Of a DNA stretch of 27,115 bases, positions 1 to 8,997 are shown in pieces. The notes under the pieces are model-generated. The model was not told where the DNA came from and made no database searches. It worked only from the letters and a program-made list of their open reading frames with translations. This stretch comes from a virus (Duplodnaviria; Caudoviricetes), in the IMG/VR virus record IMGVR_UViG_3300001354_000030, positions 1 to 27,115 of that record; one strand, written 5' to 3'. The first letter of the stretch is position 1; the number at the start of each line of letters is the position of its first letter. The position numbers and the translations under genes were made by a program.

Positions 1-447
1 TGGGAAGACGGCGAATTAGCTGAAGGTCCTATTATAGATAGACATTGGATTACATGTAAATTTTTCTGGCCAAGGGCTAAGATGCCAGATCCAATGGGTG
101 GTAAAAGATTACTAGATTATGATTGTAAAATATCATATGAAAAATCACATATTGCTAAACCACGTAAAATACGTCAGCCTGGAGATATACGTCCTGGTAC
201 TAAGAAAGGCAAATTAGATAGATTACCTATATGGATAGTTGAAATAATGATGCCAAAAAAATTAGTAGCAGATATATATGGTGCATACTCACAGAAAATG
301 GGCTTAGTTACAGAACCAGCAATTGAACAATCAGACGCACTGCCTGGCGCTCAACCAGCTGATGCAATGGCCGGGGCAGGAGCTCCAGCACCAGATGCGG
401 CTGCACCAGCAGCTGATCCGGCGGCACCAGCGGCAGGAGTTATATAA
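1..447 (+). CDS. Hypothetical phage protein, 5'-truncated, with Ala/Pro-rich C-terminal tail
   Basis: The frame of ORF 82..447 is open back to base 1 (WEDGELAEGPIIDRHWITCKFFWPRAKMPDP...). The stop overlaps the next ATG (TAATG). Confidence 0.7.
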   Translation, partial: WEDGELAEGPIIDRHWITCKFFWPRAKMPDPMGGKRLLDYDCKISYEKSHIAKPRKIRQPGDIRPGTKKGKLDRLPIWIVEIMMPKKLVADIYGAYSQKMGLVTEPAIEQSDALPGAQPADAMAGAGAPAPDAAAPAADPAAPAAGVI

Positions 448-1160
448 TGGGCCTTAGAGAAAACGATTTAAAACACATGGTACACAATGTATTTGAAATT
501 GATTCGTTTAAATCTAAGATGGGCGAGGACGAAGATATTGTTACGCTTAGTTTCAGTATTAGAGATAAAGCACCAGCAGACGATTTAGTAAAATTTCTTG
601 AAGGTGGTTACAGTTTTATATTAGATGCAGACTCTACTGCTGGCGAACAGTCAGACGGAACATACAAGGTCTTTATTGAACTAGAAAGAAACCGTCACAT
701 ACACGAACATATATTTGAAGTCTTAGATGGCATTAAAAAGATATCAGGCATAGATGATTTAAAGTTTAGATACTACAAAAATTTTAAAAGTAAAGATGCT
801 ACAATGGAAAATTTAGATGCACACATTCCGAAAGATCCTAATAATTACGGAATGACTAGAAATCAAACTACGATGGAAAATTATAAAAACTTTTTCAATA
901 ACAGTTATTTAGAAAGCATAGATATGCTAGATGATAATTTGTTAATAAAAAAAGTATATGCTGATCCTATTGCATTTGAATTTATACAAATAGGTGATAA
1001 AAAAGAAATCCTAGAAAGTATCGATAGTAGTTTTAACATTGACGCCTATCCAGAAATACTATTTCTAACTAAGTATCTTGGTAACTACAATATTAGCAAA
1101 TACGGCGACAAACTTATTTTTGAAAACGAAGGGTTGGCGCTAGTAGTAAAAAGGAAATAA
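447..1160 (+). CDS. Hypothetical phage protein (237 aa)
   Basis: Long ORF with GGAG upstream, TAATG-coupled to the previous gene. No motif recognised. Confidence 0.8.
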   Translation: MGLRENDLKHMVHNVFEIDSFKSKMGEDEDIVTLSFSIRDKAPADDLVKFLEGGYSFILDADSTAGEQSDGTYKVFIELERNRHIHEHIFEVLDGIKKISGIDDLKFRYYKNFKSKDATMENLDAHIPKDPNNYGMTRNQTTMENYKNFFNNSYLESIDMLDDNLLIKKVYADPIAFEFIQIGDKKEILESIDSSFNIDAYPEILFLTKYLGNYNISKYGDKLIFENEGLALVVKRK

Positions 1161-1163
1161 ACT

Positions 1164-2012
1164 ATGGCTAAAGAACACTTTAAATTTGATTTCGAAGAAT
1201 GGATGGCTGAAGAGTTAATCCATAGAGATGACTGGAAAGATTGGTACGAAGCAATGTGTGAAATTCTTCCTTTATGGGAAGTAAACACAGCAGAGCGTGT
1301 AGCAATGTTTGTAGCACAGTGTGGACATGAAAGCGGAGGCTTTAGAGTGCTAAGTGAAAACTTAAACTATAGCGCCAAAGCACTAAACACAATTTTCCCT
1401 AAATATTTTAGGAGGGCAGGTAGAGATGCAAACCCATACCATAGAAAACCAGAAAAAATCGCAAACGTTATTTACGCTTCACGTATGGACAATGGCGACA
1501 CCGATAGCGGTGATGGCTGGCGTTTTAGAGGTGGCGGCATATTACAACTAACTGGTAGATACAACTACACAAAATTCGCAGAAGAAATGGACATGTCTCC
1601 AGAAGCGGCAGTAGACTATGTACGCACTAAAAAAGGCGCACTAGACTCAGCATGTTGGTTCTGGGATAGTAACGGTTTAAATAAGTATTGCGATAACATG
1701 GATATTGTAGGTGCTACAAAACGTATTAACGGCGGCACAATTGGCTTAGATGATCGTAAGAAACATTACCTACATGCAATAGATGTATTAGGTGGCGACT
1801 TTGAAGAACCAGAAACAGATTATAATCAAACAATTAGACAAGGATCACGTGGTCCATTAGTAGCAGAAGTACAAGAAAAACTTAATATTGCTCCTGCTGA
1901 TGGAATCTTTGGTCCTGGTACTGCACGTATTGTTAAAGAATGGCAGAGTTCAAACGGACTTACTGCTGACGGTATTGTAGGACCAAAAACGCTGGGAAAG
2001 TTACTAGGGTAA
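1164..2012 (+). CDS. Endolysin: glycoside hydrolase family 19 domain plus C-terminal peptidoglycan-binding domain
   Basis: AMFVAQCGHESGGF...ENLNYS, GDGWRFRGGGILQLTGRYNY, SACWFW, TKRINGG; C-terminal ADGIFGPGT / ADGIVGPKT repeats typical of PG_binding_1. Confidence 0.92.
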   Translation: MAKEHFKFDFEEWMAEELIHRDDWKDWYEAMCEILPLWEVNTAERVAMFVAQCGHESGGFRVLSENLNYSAKALNTIFPKYFRRAGRDANPYHRKPEKIANVIYASRMDNGDTDSGDGWRFRGGGILQLTGRYNYTKFAEEMDMSPEAAVDYVRTKKGALDSACWFWDSNGLNKYCDNMDIVGATKRINGGTIGLDDRKKHYLHAIDVLGGDFEEPETDYNQTIRQGSRGPLVAEVQEKLNIAPADGIFGPGTARIVKEWQSSNGLTADGIVGPKTLGKLLG

Positions 2013-2020
2013 ATTCGAAT

Positions 2021-2407
2021 ATGTTTAGTGGATTAAAAATTGCATTAGTTTTTATAGTTCTAGCCGCGGCTGGAGGAGGATTGTTTTATGTAAAACAGTT
2101 ACAATCCAATTTAGAAATTGCCCGACTTAACAATGCTAAATTAGAAAGTGCTATTGAAACAAGCGAGCAAAGTTTAGCAACACTTAAAGCAGATAATATC
2201 AGACTAAACACGTTATCCGATCAACTTAACGCAGACTTAAACAAATCAGAGCAGTACGGAGATGAACTTCGTGCTACTCTAAACAAGCACAATTTGACAC
2301 ACTTGGCTAATAAGAAGCCAGGTCTAATTCAAAACAGAATGCAAGGTAAAACAGATGAACTTTGGAAAGATCTCGAGTCTATTACTAGCGATACTCCTAC
2401 TGAGTAG
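2021..2407 (+). CDS. Putative inner-membrane spanin (Rz-like)
   Basis: N-terminal transmembrane helix followed by a long coiled coil; directly after the endolysin and overlapping a lipoprotein gene. Confidence 0.75.
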   Translation: MFSGLKIALVFIVLAAAGGGLFYVKQLQSNLEIARLNNAKLESAIETSEQSLATLKADNIRLNTLSDQLNADLNKSEQYGDELRATLNKHNLTHLANKKPGLIQNRMQGKTDELWKDLESITSDTPTE

Positions 2408-2735
2408 TTGTAGTAGCTTTTATAAAGAACCAGAAATTAAAGTAGTTACTAAGTTAGAAAAAACTGTAGTACCTATTGTTCCTATGCCCAAGCCTGTGCA
2501 AATGAACGACATAAAAATTTATGTTGTATCACCTGAAGAAAACTTAGAAGAATTTAAAAAAGAGTTTGAGGCAAAGAACGGCGGCGATTCATACATTGCT
2601 ATTAGTGTTAAAGACTACGAAAACCTATCAAAAAACTTTGCCGAACTAAGACGCTATATAGAACAGCAAAAAGCAATTATATTATATTATGAAAACGCTG
2701 TTTCACCTCTCCCAGAAGACAATAAATCCGAATAA
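2355..2735 (+). CDS. Putative outer-membrane lipoprotein spanin (Rz1-like)
   Basis: Signal peptide with lipobox LLSSC, Pro-rich segment VPIVPMPKPV, 53-nt overlap with the Rz-like gene in another frame. Confidence 0.75.
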   Translation: MNFGKISSLLLAILLLSSCSSFYKEPEIKVVTKLEKTVVPIVPMPKPVQMNDIKIYVVSPEENLEEFKKEFEAKNGGDSYIAISVKDYENLSKNFAELRRYIEQQKAIILYYENAVSPLPEDNKSE

Positions 2736-2738
2736 ATA
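2733..2738 (+). promoter_or_regulatory. TAAATA late-promoter-like motif
   Basis: ATAAATA at the gene junction upstream of the ORF at 2764; matches the core of the T4 late promoter TATAAATA. Confidence 0.45.
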
Positions 2739-2763
2739 CATACATAATAATTGAGGGATTAAT

Positions 2764-3045
2764 ATGTGGGAAATGATTGAACAAATGGCGAGCAATCGCT
2801 TATGGATTTATACAGCATTAGCTGGATCAGTATTTGGTGCAGGATTTTTATTTTGGTTCAAAGACACAAGAATGGCAACATGGGCAGTTCGTAAGTTTGA
2901 TGCCACACTAGAATATCTAGCAATACGTTGGGGTTGGACATGGTTACAAAATGATCCAGATGCTTGGCGTGTAAAATATCCTAAAATAACAAGTAAAATA
3001 GATGAGCTTGAAAAGCGTATCAAACATCTTGAGGGGAAAAGATAA
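2764..3045 (+). CDS. Small membrane protein in lysis cluster (holin/antiholin candidate)
   Basis: One hydrophobic helix (LWIYTALAGSVFGAGFLFWF), GAGGG ribosome-binding site, position in lysis block. Confidence 0.6.
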   Translation: MWEMIEQMASNRLWIYTALAGSVFGAGFLFWFKDTRMATWAVRKFDATLEYLAIRWGWTWLQNDPDAWRVKYPKITSKIDELEKRIKHLEGKR

Positions 3046-3434
3046 TGCCAAGAAAAAAGCCAGAAGATTTAAATAAACCAGCAGAGGCACCTGCTCCTGC
3101 TCCGGTAGCAGAAACAAAGCCAGATGCAGTAGTAGTTGCTACACAAGATACAACAACACGCAAAGTTAAACTAGACTTAGAAGTAGATACAAGTGTAAGA
3201 GACTTGGGGCCTAATCCATACCAACGTGTAATACATTTAGCAAAAGCAATTGATGCTTGGAGAATTTTTCCAAGATTGTTTTTAACTGTTTATATTGTAT
3301 TGTTATACAAGTGTGTTATTTGGTATATGGATTTACCAAATCCTACATTAGAACAATCAGGTTTGATTAGTATTGTTGTAGGTGCTGGTGCGGCATGGTT
3401 TGGTCTTTACACCGGAACTGACAAATCTAAGTAA
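3045..3434 (+). CDS. Putative holin (two C-terminal transmembrane helices)
   Basis: IDAWRIFPRLFLTVYIVLLYKCVIWY and SGLISIVVGAGAAWFGLY helices after a disordered N-terminus; lysis-cluster context. Confidence 0.6.
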   Translation: MPRKKPEDLNKPAEAPAPAPVAETKPDAVVVATQDTTTRKVKLDLEVDTSVRDLGPNPYQRVIHLAKAIDAWRIFPRLFLTVYIVLLYKCVIWYMDLPNPTLEQSGLISIVVGAGAAWFGLYTGTDKSK

Positions 3435-3443
3435 CCTATACAA

Positions 3444-3449
3444 TAAGTA
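3444..3449 (+). promoter_or_regulatory. TAAGTA late-promoter-like motif, 5 nt before ATG
   Basis: ATAAGTA-atagt-ATG(3455) with no Shine-Dalgarno sequence visible. Confidence 0.4.
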
Positions 3450-3454
3450 ATAGT

Positions 3455-4303
3455 ATGGACTACTATTCTACTTTAGGTGTTTCAAAAAATGCTTCTCCCG
3501 AAGAGCTTAAAAAAGCATACAAAAAATTAAGTATGCAACACCATCCTGATCGAACAGGCGGTGATGATTCTAAGTTCAAACAAATTAACGAAGCATATAG
3601 CACACTAAAAGATCCACAGAAACGTGCAGAATATGACAATCCTCAACCACAATATTCGCAAGGGTTTGGCCCAAATGGATTCCAGGGTATGGGCGGATTT
3701 GAAGATGTATTTGCACAATTTGGATTTGATAAGTTCGGACATATCAATAGACAGCAACAAAGACCAGTACGTAATAAAGATATACGCATAAACTATAGAA
3801 TGAACTTTACAGAAGTTTATACAGGAATAGGTACTAGTATTTCTTTCAACACACCTAGCGGTAGGCATGAAATAATTGATGTTAAAATTCCGCCGGGTAT
3901 GAAAAATAATGATGTTGTACAATTTCCAGGTTACGGAGACGATAGTATAAAAGGGTTGCCGCGAGGAACTTTACAAGTAAAACTAGATATTGCTACACCA
4001 CAAGGGTGGCGAAGAGAAGGCGAACAACTTTACACAGAAATTACGATTGATGTATTTGACTTGATCTTGGGAAAAACTGTTATTTTAAATACTCCGGAAA
4101 AGAAACAAATTTCTTTACAAATTCCGCCTGGCACAAATAATGGTGTCACCATGAATATAGCACATCACGGTGTACCTCGTGTAAATACAAATAACAGAGG
4201 TAACTTATATGTAAAAATAAGAGCTACTACTCCTAAATTAAGTACTGATGAACTAAGAAAGATACAAGAGATTAAAAATGGAATTAATTTACGCACCGAG
4301 TGA
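3455..4303 (+). CDS. dnaJ: DnaJ-class co-chaperone (J domain, G/F region, C-terminal domain; no zinc finger, CbpA-like)
   Basis: MDYYSTLGV...KKAYKKLSMQHHPDR...FKQINEAYSTL J domain with HPD; KIPPG repeats; RGNLYVKI. Confidence 0.92.
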   Translation: MDYYSTLGVSKNASPEELKKAYKKLSMQHHPDRTGGDDSKFKQINEAYSTLKDPQKRAEYDNPQPQYSQGFGPNGFQGMGGFEDVFAQFGFDKFGHINRQQQRPVRNKDIRINYRMNFTEVYTGIGTSISFNTPSGRHEIIDVKIPPGMKNNDVVQFPGYGDDSIKGLPRGTLQVKLDIATPQGWRREGEQLYTEITIDVFDLILGKTVILNTPEKKQISLQIPPGTNNGVTMNIAHHGVPRVNTNNRGNLYVKIRATTPKLSTDELRKIQEIKNGINLRTE

Positions 4304-4787
4304 ATGGCTTAGTAAAGCTGTAAAACCTTTTGACTTTGATAAACATAATGCAGTAGAAATTGCACAAAATATGGTAGACATTATGGATGCACATAAAGGC
4401 ATAGGTATTAGTGCAAATCAAGTTGGTATAGATGCACAAATATTTGTTATGCAACCTACACAGCATGACGAGCTAAAAGAAGCATTTGCAATAATTAATC
4501 CTGTAATAGAAAAGATATCAGAAGAGACTGATTTAAGATATGAAGGATGTTTAAGTCATCCAAATTTGTTTTTAAAAGTACAAAGACCGGTGAAATTGGT
4601 AACAAGATTTCTTGACGCAGACGCAAAAGAGTGTATAATAGTACTTAACAATTATGATGCAAGAGTATTTTTACACGAGTATGACCACTTGCAAGGCATA
4701 GAATTTACAGATAGGGTTTCTAAGTTAAAATTAGAAATGGCTAAGAAAAAGAAAACTAAAAGAGAAAAAAGGTATATAAATGGTTGA
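4278..4787 (+). CDS. def: Peptide deformylase
   Basis: All three deformylase motifs: GIGISANQVG, EGCLS, HEYDHLQG. Confidence 0.95.
   Translation: MELIYAPSEWLSKAVKPFDFDKHNAVEIAQNMVDIMDAHKGIGISANQVGIDAQIFVMQPTQHDELKEAFAIINPVIEKISEETDLRYEGCLSHPNLFLKVQRPVKLVTRFLDADAKECIIVLNNYDARVFLHEYDHLQGIEFTDRVSKLKLEMAKKKKTKREKRYING
4612..4639 (+). promoter_or_regulatory. Possible sigma70-type promoter inside def, upstream of clpA
   Basis: TTGACG-16 nt-TATAAT, about 140 nt upstream of the clpA start. Confidence 0.4.
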
Positions 4788-7020
4788 GCCAGGCGAAGAA
4801 CTAAAATTAGTATTTGATAAAGCAATAGCTGATGCAAAAAAGCTAAAGCATGAATACATTACTATTGAACATATTTTGTTTAGTATGTTATGTAGTGATA
4901 ACTTTTTTAATATTATAAAAGGTTATGGTGCAGATGCTGATTATATAAAATCTAATTTAGAACACCACTTAAAAGAAAAGTGTCACGAACTAAAGATAGA
5001 AGGAAAGTTTAAGCCTAAAAAAACACAGGCAGTAGAACGTGTGCTTAATCGTGCGTTTACACAAGTGCTGTTTGCTGGTAGAAACACTATAGAACTTTCA
5101 GATGTAATCCTAAGTATTTTATCTGAAAAGAAGAGTATTAGTAATTTTTATCTTGAGCAAGGAGGGTTATTGAAAGATCCGTTTGCAGAGTATATCAACA
5201 CAGAACTTGAAACTACAATTGAAGACGAAGAACTATCAGGAGAAGGCCAACGTGCTTTACGGCAGTTCACTACAGACCTTAACCAAGAAGTTAAGAAAGA
5301 AAAAATTGACCCTGTTATAGGCCGCAGTGACGAATTAGATACTATTGCACTTGCATTGGGAAGACGTAATAAAAATAACTGTTTGTTAGTTGGTGATCCT
5401 GGCGTTGGTAAAACTGCTATTGCAGAAGGACTTGCTTGGAATATTGTCAATGATAATGTACCGAAGTTTTTGAAAGAATATAATGTGTACATGCTTGATA
5501 TTGGTAGCATGTTAGCAGGTAGTAAATATCGCGGCGACTTTGAAGAACGTTTTAAACTTGTACTAGCAGGCTTAAAAACCAAAGGTAAAACGATTATGTT
5601 TATTGATGAAGCACATATGATTAGTGGTGCCGGTTCAGGAGGTGGCAGTAATAGTGCAAATGATCTTGCAAATATGTTAAAGCCAGCATTAGCAAAAGGT
5701 AATATTAAAGTTGTTGCATCAACTACTTGGGACGAATACCGCAAGTACTTTGAAAAGGATCGTGCATTAATGCGTAGATTCCAACGTGTAACAGTTGACG
5801 AACCAAGTGCAGAAGTAACAAATGACATATTGCATGGCATTAAAAAATATTATGAAGACTATCATGCTACAGTTATCACTGATGAAGCTATCGCAGAGGC
5901 AATAAAATTAAGTGTTAAATACCAAAGCGATAAAAAATTACCAGACAAGGCAATTGACTTAATTGATCTTGCCTGTAGTAGATTTAATTTGAAAGAAGTT
6001 ACCGGCGATAAAATTGTAAGCGATGCAGAAATACAGTTTGAACTTTCCAAAGTTGTTAACTTGCCTGCAGAGCAAGTTGCAGAAAAAGAAACAGATAATC
6101 TAAAAAATCTTGAAAAGAATATCAAAGGAGATGTTTACGGCCAAGATGAAGCAGTTGAAGAAATTGTTGACAAAATATTAGTAGCTCAAGCAGGACTTAA
6201 AGCTGACGATAAACCTATTGGATCGTTTGTGTTTATGGGTCCAACTGGTACAGGTAAAACTGAAACTGCAAAACAACTTGCAAAACAACTTGGTGTAAAA
6301 CTTGTAAGATTTGATATGAGTGAATATCAAGAGAAGCACTCAGTTGCAAAATTAATTGGATCTCCTCCAGGCTACGTAGGCTACGAAGAAAATAACGGAA
6401 TACTTATTACGAAGTTGCAAGAAAATCCTAACTGTGTATTGCTTTTAGATGAAATTGAAAAAGCACATCCAGACGTTTCACAAATTCTATTACAAGTAAT
6501 GGACAATGGTAAACTAATGGGCAGTAACGGAAAAGAAGCAGATGCAAGAAATAGTGTTTTAATTCTTACTACAAACTTAGGTGCAGCTGATGCAGAAAAG
6601 AACACAATTGGTTTTGGAGACGAAGTTGAAAATGACTACGAAGACACAGAATTAAAACGTTTCTTTGCACCAGAGTTTAGAAATAGACTTGATGGTATAA
6701 TTACATTTGGTAGCCTTGGTAAAGAAGTAATGATGAAAATTGTTGGTAAGTTTTTAGTTGAACTAAAAGCACAAGTTAAAGATAAAAAAGTTGACATAAC
6801 TATTAGTAATGAAGCACTTGATTATCTAGTAAATAAAGGCTTTAACAAAAAGATGGGTGCGAGACCTTTACAACGTGTAATTGATAAAGAAATCAAGCGT
6901 CCATTGTCAAGACAATTATTGTTTGGTAAGTTGAAAGACGGAGGCAAATGTAACATTGATGTAGTTAAGAAAGAACTGGTACTTGCATATGACACAAATG
7001 AAGAAACTGTTAAAGTATGA
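4780..7020 (+). CDS. clpA: ATP-dependent Clp protease ATP-binding subunit, ClpA-type
   Basis: Clp-N domain; two AAA+ modules (GDPGVGKT/FIDEAH and GPTGTGKT/LLDEIEKAH); KYRGDFEER and GSPPGYVGY pore loops; IGF ClpP-docking loop; 746 aa with no ClpB middle domain. Confidence 0.93.
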   Translation: MVEPGEELKLVFDKAIADAKKLKHEYITIEHILFSMLCSDNFFNIIKGYGADADYIKSNLEHHLKEKCHELKIEGKFKPKKTQAVERVLNRAFTQVLFAGRNTIELSDVILSILSEKKSISNFYLEQGGLLKDPFAEYINTELETTIEDEELSGEGQRALRQFTTDLNQEVKKEKIDPVIGRSDELDTIALALGRRNKNNCLLVGDPGVGKTAIAEGLAWNIVNDNVPKFLKEYNVYMLDIGSMLAGSKYRGDFEERFKLVLAGLKTKGKTIMFIDEAHMISGAGSGGGSNSANDLANMLKPALAKGNIKVVASTTWDEYRKYFEKDRALMRRFQRVTVDEPSAEVTNDILHGIKKYYEDYHATVITDEAIAEAIKLSVKYQSDKKLPDKAIDLIDLACSRFNLKEVTGDKIVSDAEIQFELSKVVNLPAEQVAEKETDNLKNLEKNIKGDVYGQDEAVEEIVDKILVAQAGLKADDKPIGSFVFMGPTGTGKTETAKQLAKQLGVKLVRFDMSEYQEKHSVAKLIGSPPGYVGYEENNGILITKLQENPNCVLLLDEIEKAHPDVSQILLQVMDNGKLMGSNGKEADARNSVLILTTNLGAADAEKNTIGFGDEVENDYEDTELKRFFAPEFRNRLDGIITFGSLGKEVMMKIVGKFLVELKAQVKDKKVDITISNEALDYLVNKGFNKKMGARPLQRVIDKEIKRPLSRQLLFGKLKDGGKCNIDVVKKELVLAYDTNEETVKV

Positions 7021-7681
7021 AACTACAAAACTTTTCTATAACAAGTATCTGTATTCTCTAAGTGTTAACAGTGAACTAACACCTATATTTAGAAACAAGA
7101 ATTTTAAGTATGCTTGTACTGTTTTAGATAAACTACAAGCAGACTTTGAAGCTGGTAGGCCGTTGATCAGGAGTTTCGGTAGGTATGAAGCTCCTATTCT
7201 ACTTGAACACTTTTTAGATGCAAGAACTATTTACAATGAATTAACTAGATATAAAAATTCTTATTTACTAAGATGCGAAAATAGACACTTAAATTTGTAC
7301 ACTAATGATATTAGTTTTTTACATAAACTATCAAATAAATGTAAACATGCAAAATCATTGTACCAACCTGCTAAAAAGCATTTAGAATTTATAAAAAACA
7401 ATACAAATACTATTATTGTTAAAAACAGCAAATATGGCTACAAAATAACATTTGGCAGTAATCTTGTTCCTGACACATTAGGCTCGTGGCTTGAAGCAAA
7501 CAGAGATAAAGTGAAATTTTCAAATATGTTATTAGAAGATCTAAAAAAAAATCAAAAGTATATGAATGGCAGATATATTTATATTACAAATGATAAGGTT
7601 TTAATACTATTTAAGATACTTGCAGGCGAATGTATTCAGCGTATCGACAAATTAGTATGTGCTTCAGATATTGATAAATAA
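6998..7681 (+). CDS. Hypothetical phage protein (about 227 aa, basic)
   Basis: Long ORF filling the gap between clpA and the next gene; start uncertain (6983/6989/6998). Confidence 0.7.
   Translation: MKKLLKYETTKLFYNKYLYSLSVNSELTPIFRNKNFKYACTVLDKLQADFEAGRPLIRSFGRYEAPILLEHFLDARTIYNELTRYKNSYLLRCENRHLNLYTNDISFLHKLSNKCKHAKSLYQPAKKHLEFIKNNTNTIIVKNSKYGYKITFGSNLVPDTLGSWLEANRDKVKFSNMLLEDLKKNQKYMNGRYIYITNDKVLILFKILAGECIQRIDKLVCASDIDK
7675..7680 (+). promoter_or_regulatory. TAAATA late-promoter-like motif, 5 nt before ATG
   Basis: GATAAATA-acagt-ATG(7686) with no Shine-Dalgarno sequence visible. Confidence 0.5.
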
Positions 7682-7685
7682 CAGT

Positions 7686-8075
7686 ATGCCAGTAAGTAGT
7701 GAAAATTTTGAATTTACAGTAAGCGGAACAGACGTAGTACAGTTGACACATGACAACGACAGTTCTACATTATCGCGTACTTCTAATAAACTAAAAGGTG
7801 ACGGTTATTATGGCCGTGCTGACGGTTTCCATACGGTGCAATATAATATATCCGGTAATGCAGATAACACATTTACAGGTGTTATAGAAATACAAGCAAC
7901 TTTAGCAGTAGAACCTGCTGAAGCTGACTGGTTCATTATAACAAGTACACAGCAAACATACACTGGAAGCTATGGTAGTTATATGTTTAATTTTACAGGC
8001 AATTATGTATGGCTTAGGGCCAAAGTATATGACTGGACTGACGGGACAGTAGGTTCAATAGCATTGAATCATTAG
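7686..8075 (+). CDS. Hypothetical beta-rich protein, probably virion-associated
   Basis: Gly/Thr/aromatic-rich ORF (KGDGYYGRADGFHTVQY, NFTGNYVWLRA); ATG 7686 preferred because it follows TAAATA. Confidence 0.7.
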   Translation: MPVSSENFEFTVSGTDVVQLTHDNDSSTLSRTSNKLKGDGYYGRADGFHTVQYNISGNADNTFTGVIEIQATLAVEPAEADWFIITSTQQTYTGSYGSYMFNFTGNYVWLRAKVYDWTDGTVGSIALNH

Positions 8076-8083
8076 GAGGAATA

Positions 8084-8671
8084 ATGGAACATTTTGTAAG
8101 AATAACAATGGAAAAGCAAGAAGAACAAAAGTCACTTGACGAAAGTATTTTTGCAGAACAGGAAATGTACGAAACTGATCAAGGCGGTACAGTTTATCAG
8201 ATTCCACTAGCTAGAAACTTATCTGAACAAGAAGCAGACGAATATGCAAACAAATTAGCAAATTATATGTTTGAACAAGGTTACCAAGATTTTGATATAG
8301 ATATTAGTGCTGAAGGATTAGAAGAGAGCGACGAAATAACATACGACGATGACGATGATTTTTATGAAGACTATGGTGTTATGTGGTATAACGATGATGA
8401 TGTTATCGACGAAGCAGAATATCAAGGACGTAAAGTTAAACTTGGTAAGCCAATGGCAGGCGATGTTAAGAAGTTTAAAGTCTATGTAAAGAATCCTAAA
8501 GGCAATGTAGTTAAAGTTAACTTTGGACACGGCGGAAGTAGTGTTAAAGGTAAGTCTATGCGTATTAGAAAAAATAATCCGGCAGCAAGACGTTCTTTCA
8601 GAGCAAGACATAATTGTGATAATCCAGGGCCAAGACATAAGGCACGTTACTGGAGTTGCAGAAAATGGTAA
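8084..8671 (+). CDS. Modular protein: acidic N-terminal part plus basic C-terminal module (RRSFRARHNC...ARYWSCRKW)
   Basis: Strong AGGAGG ribosome-binding site; abrupt acidic-to-basic switch at VIDE/AEY. Confidence 0.8.
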   Translation: MEHFVRITMEKQEEQKSLDESIFAEQEMYETDQGGTVYQIPLARNLSEQEADEYANKLANYMFEQGYQDFDIDISAEGLEESDEITYDDDDDFYEDYGVMWYNDDDVIDEAEYQGRKVKLGKPMAGDVKKFKVYVKNPKGNVVKVNFGHGGSSVKGKSMRIRKNNPAARRSFRARHNCDNPGPRHKARYWSCRKW

Positions 8672-8997
8672 TGGTTAGAGAAATTACAGAAACTATGGAC
8701 GTAGGTTTTGATTTAGTTGATGATACGTGTATGCATATGCGTAATGATCCTAATTTTTACCGCAGAGAATACTTTCCTACTATTTCAAAAATTGCTGATA
8801 TGCAACGTGAAGGTAGTAATGATAATCCTCAAAAAACAATAATGCCTATGATAGAAAAGGGCATGACAGATTATTGTAGTAAATATAATATTGCTGGACA
8901 TCCAGACGATGTTTATAATAACGATCATCGTACTGCTATATACGATAAGATATATCAAGAAGAGATGAAAGCAATAGAAGAAGGCGACTATGCATGA
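8671..8997 (+). CDS. Hypothetical protein (N-terminus MVREITE)
   Basis: TAATG-coupled start at 8671, ATGA-coupled to the next gene. Confidence 0.7.
   Translation: MVREITETMDVGFDLVDDTCMHMRNDPNFYRREYFPTISKIADMQREGSNDNPQKTIMPMIEKGMTDYCSKYNIAGHPDDVYNNDHRTAIYDKIYQEEMKAIEEGDYA

Noticed and set aside
340-440. GC-rich GCACCAGC-type repeats
   Set aside because: They encode an Ala/Pro/Asp low-complexity protein tail; irregular, not a CRISPR array or DNA-level repeat.
5148-5840. 230-aa minus-strand ORF
   Set aside because: Antisense shadow of the conserved ClpA AAA+ domain; Ser/Leu-rich, no motif or ribosome-binding site.
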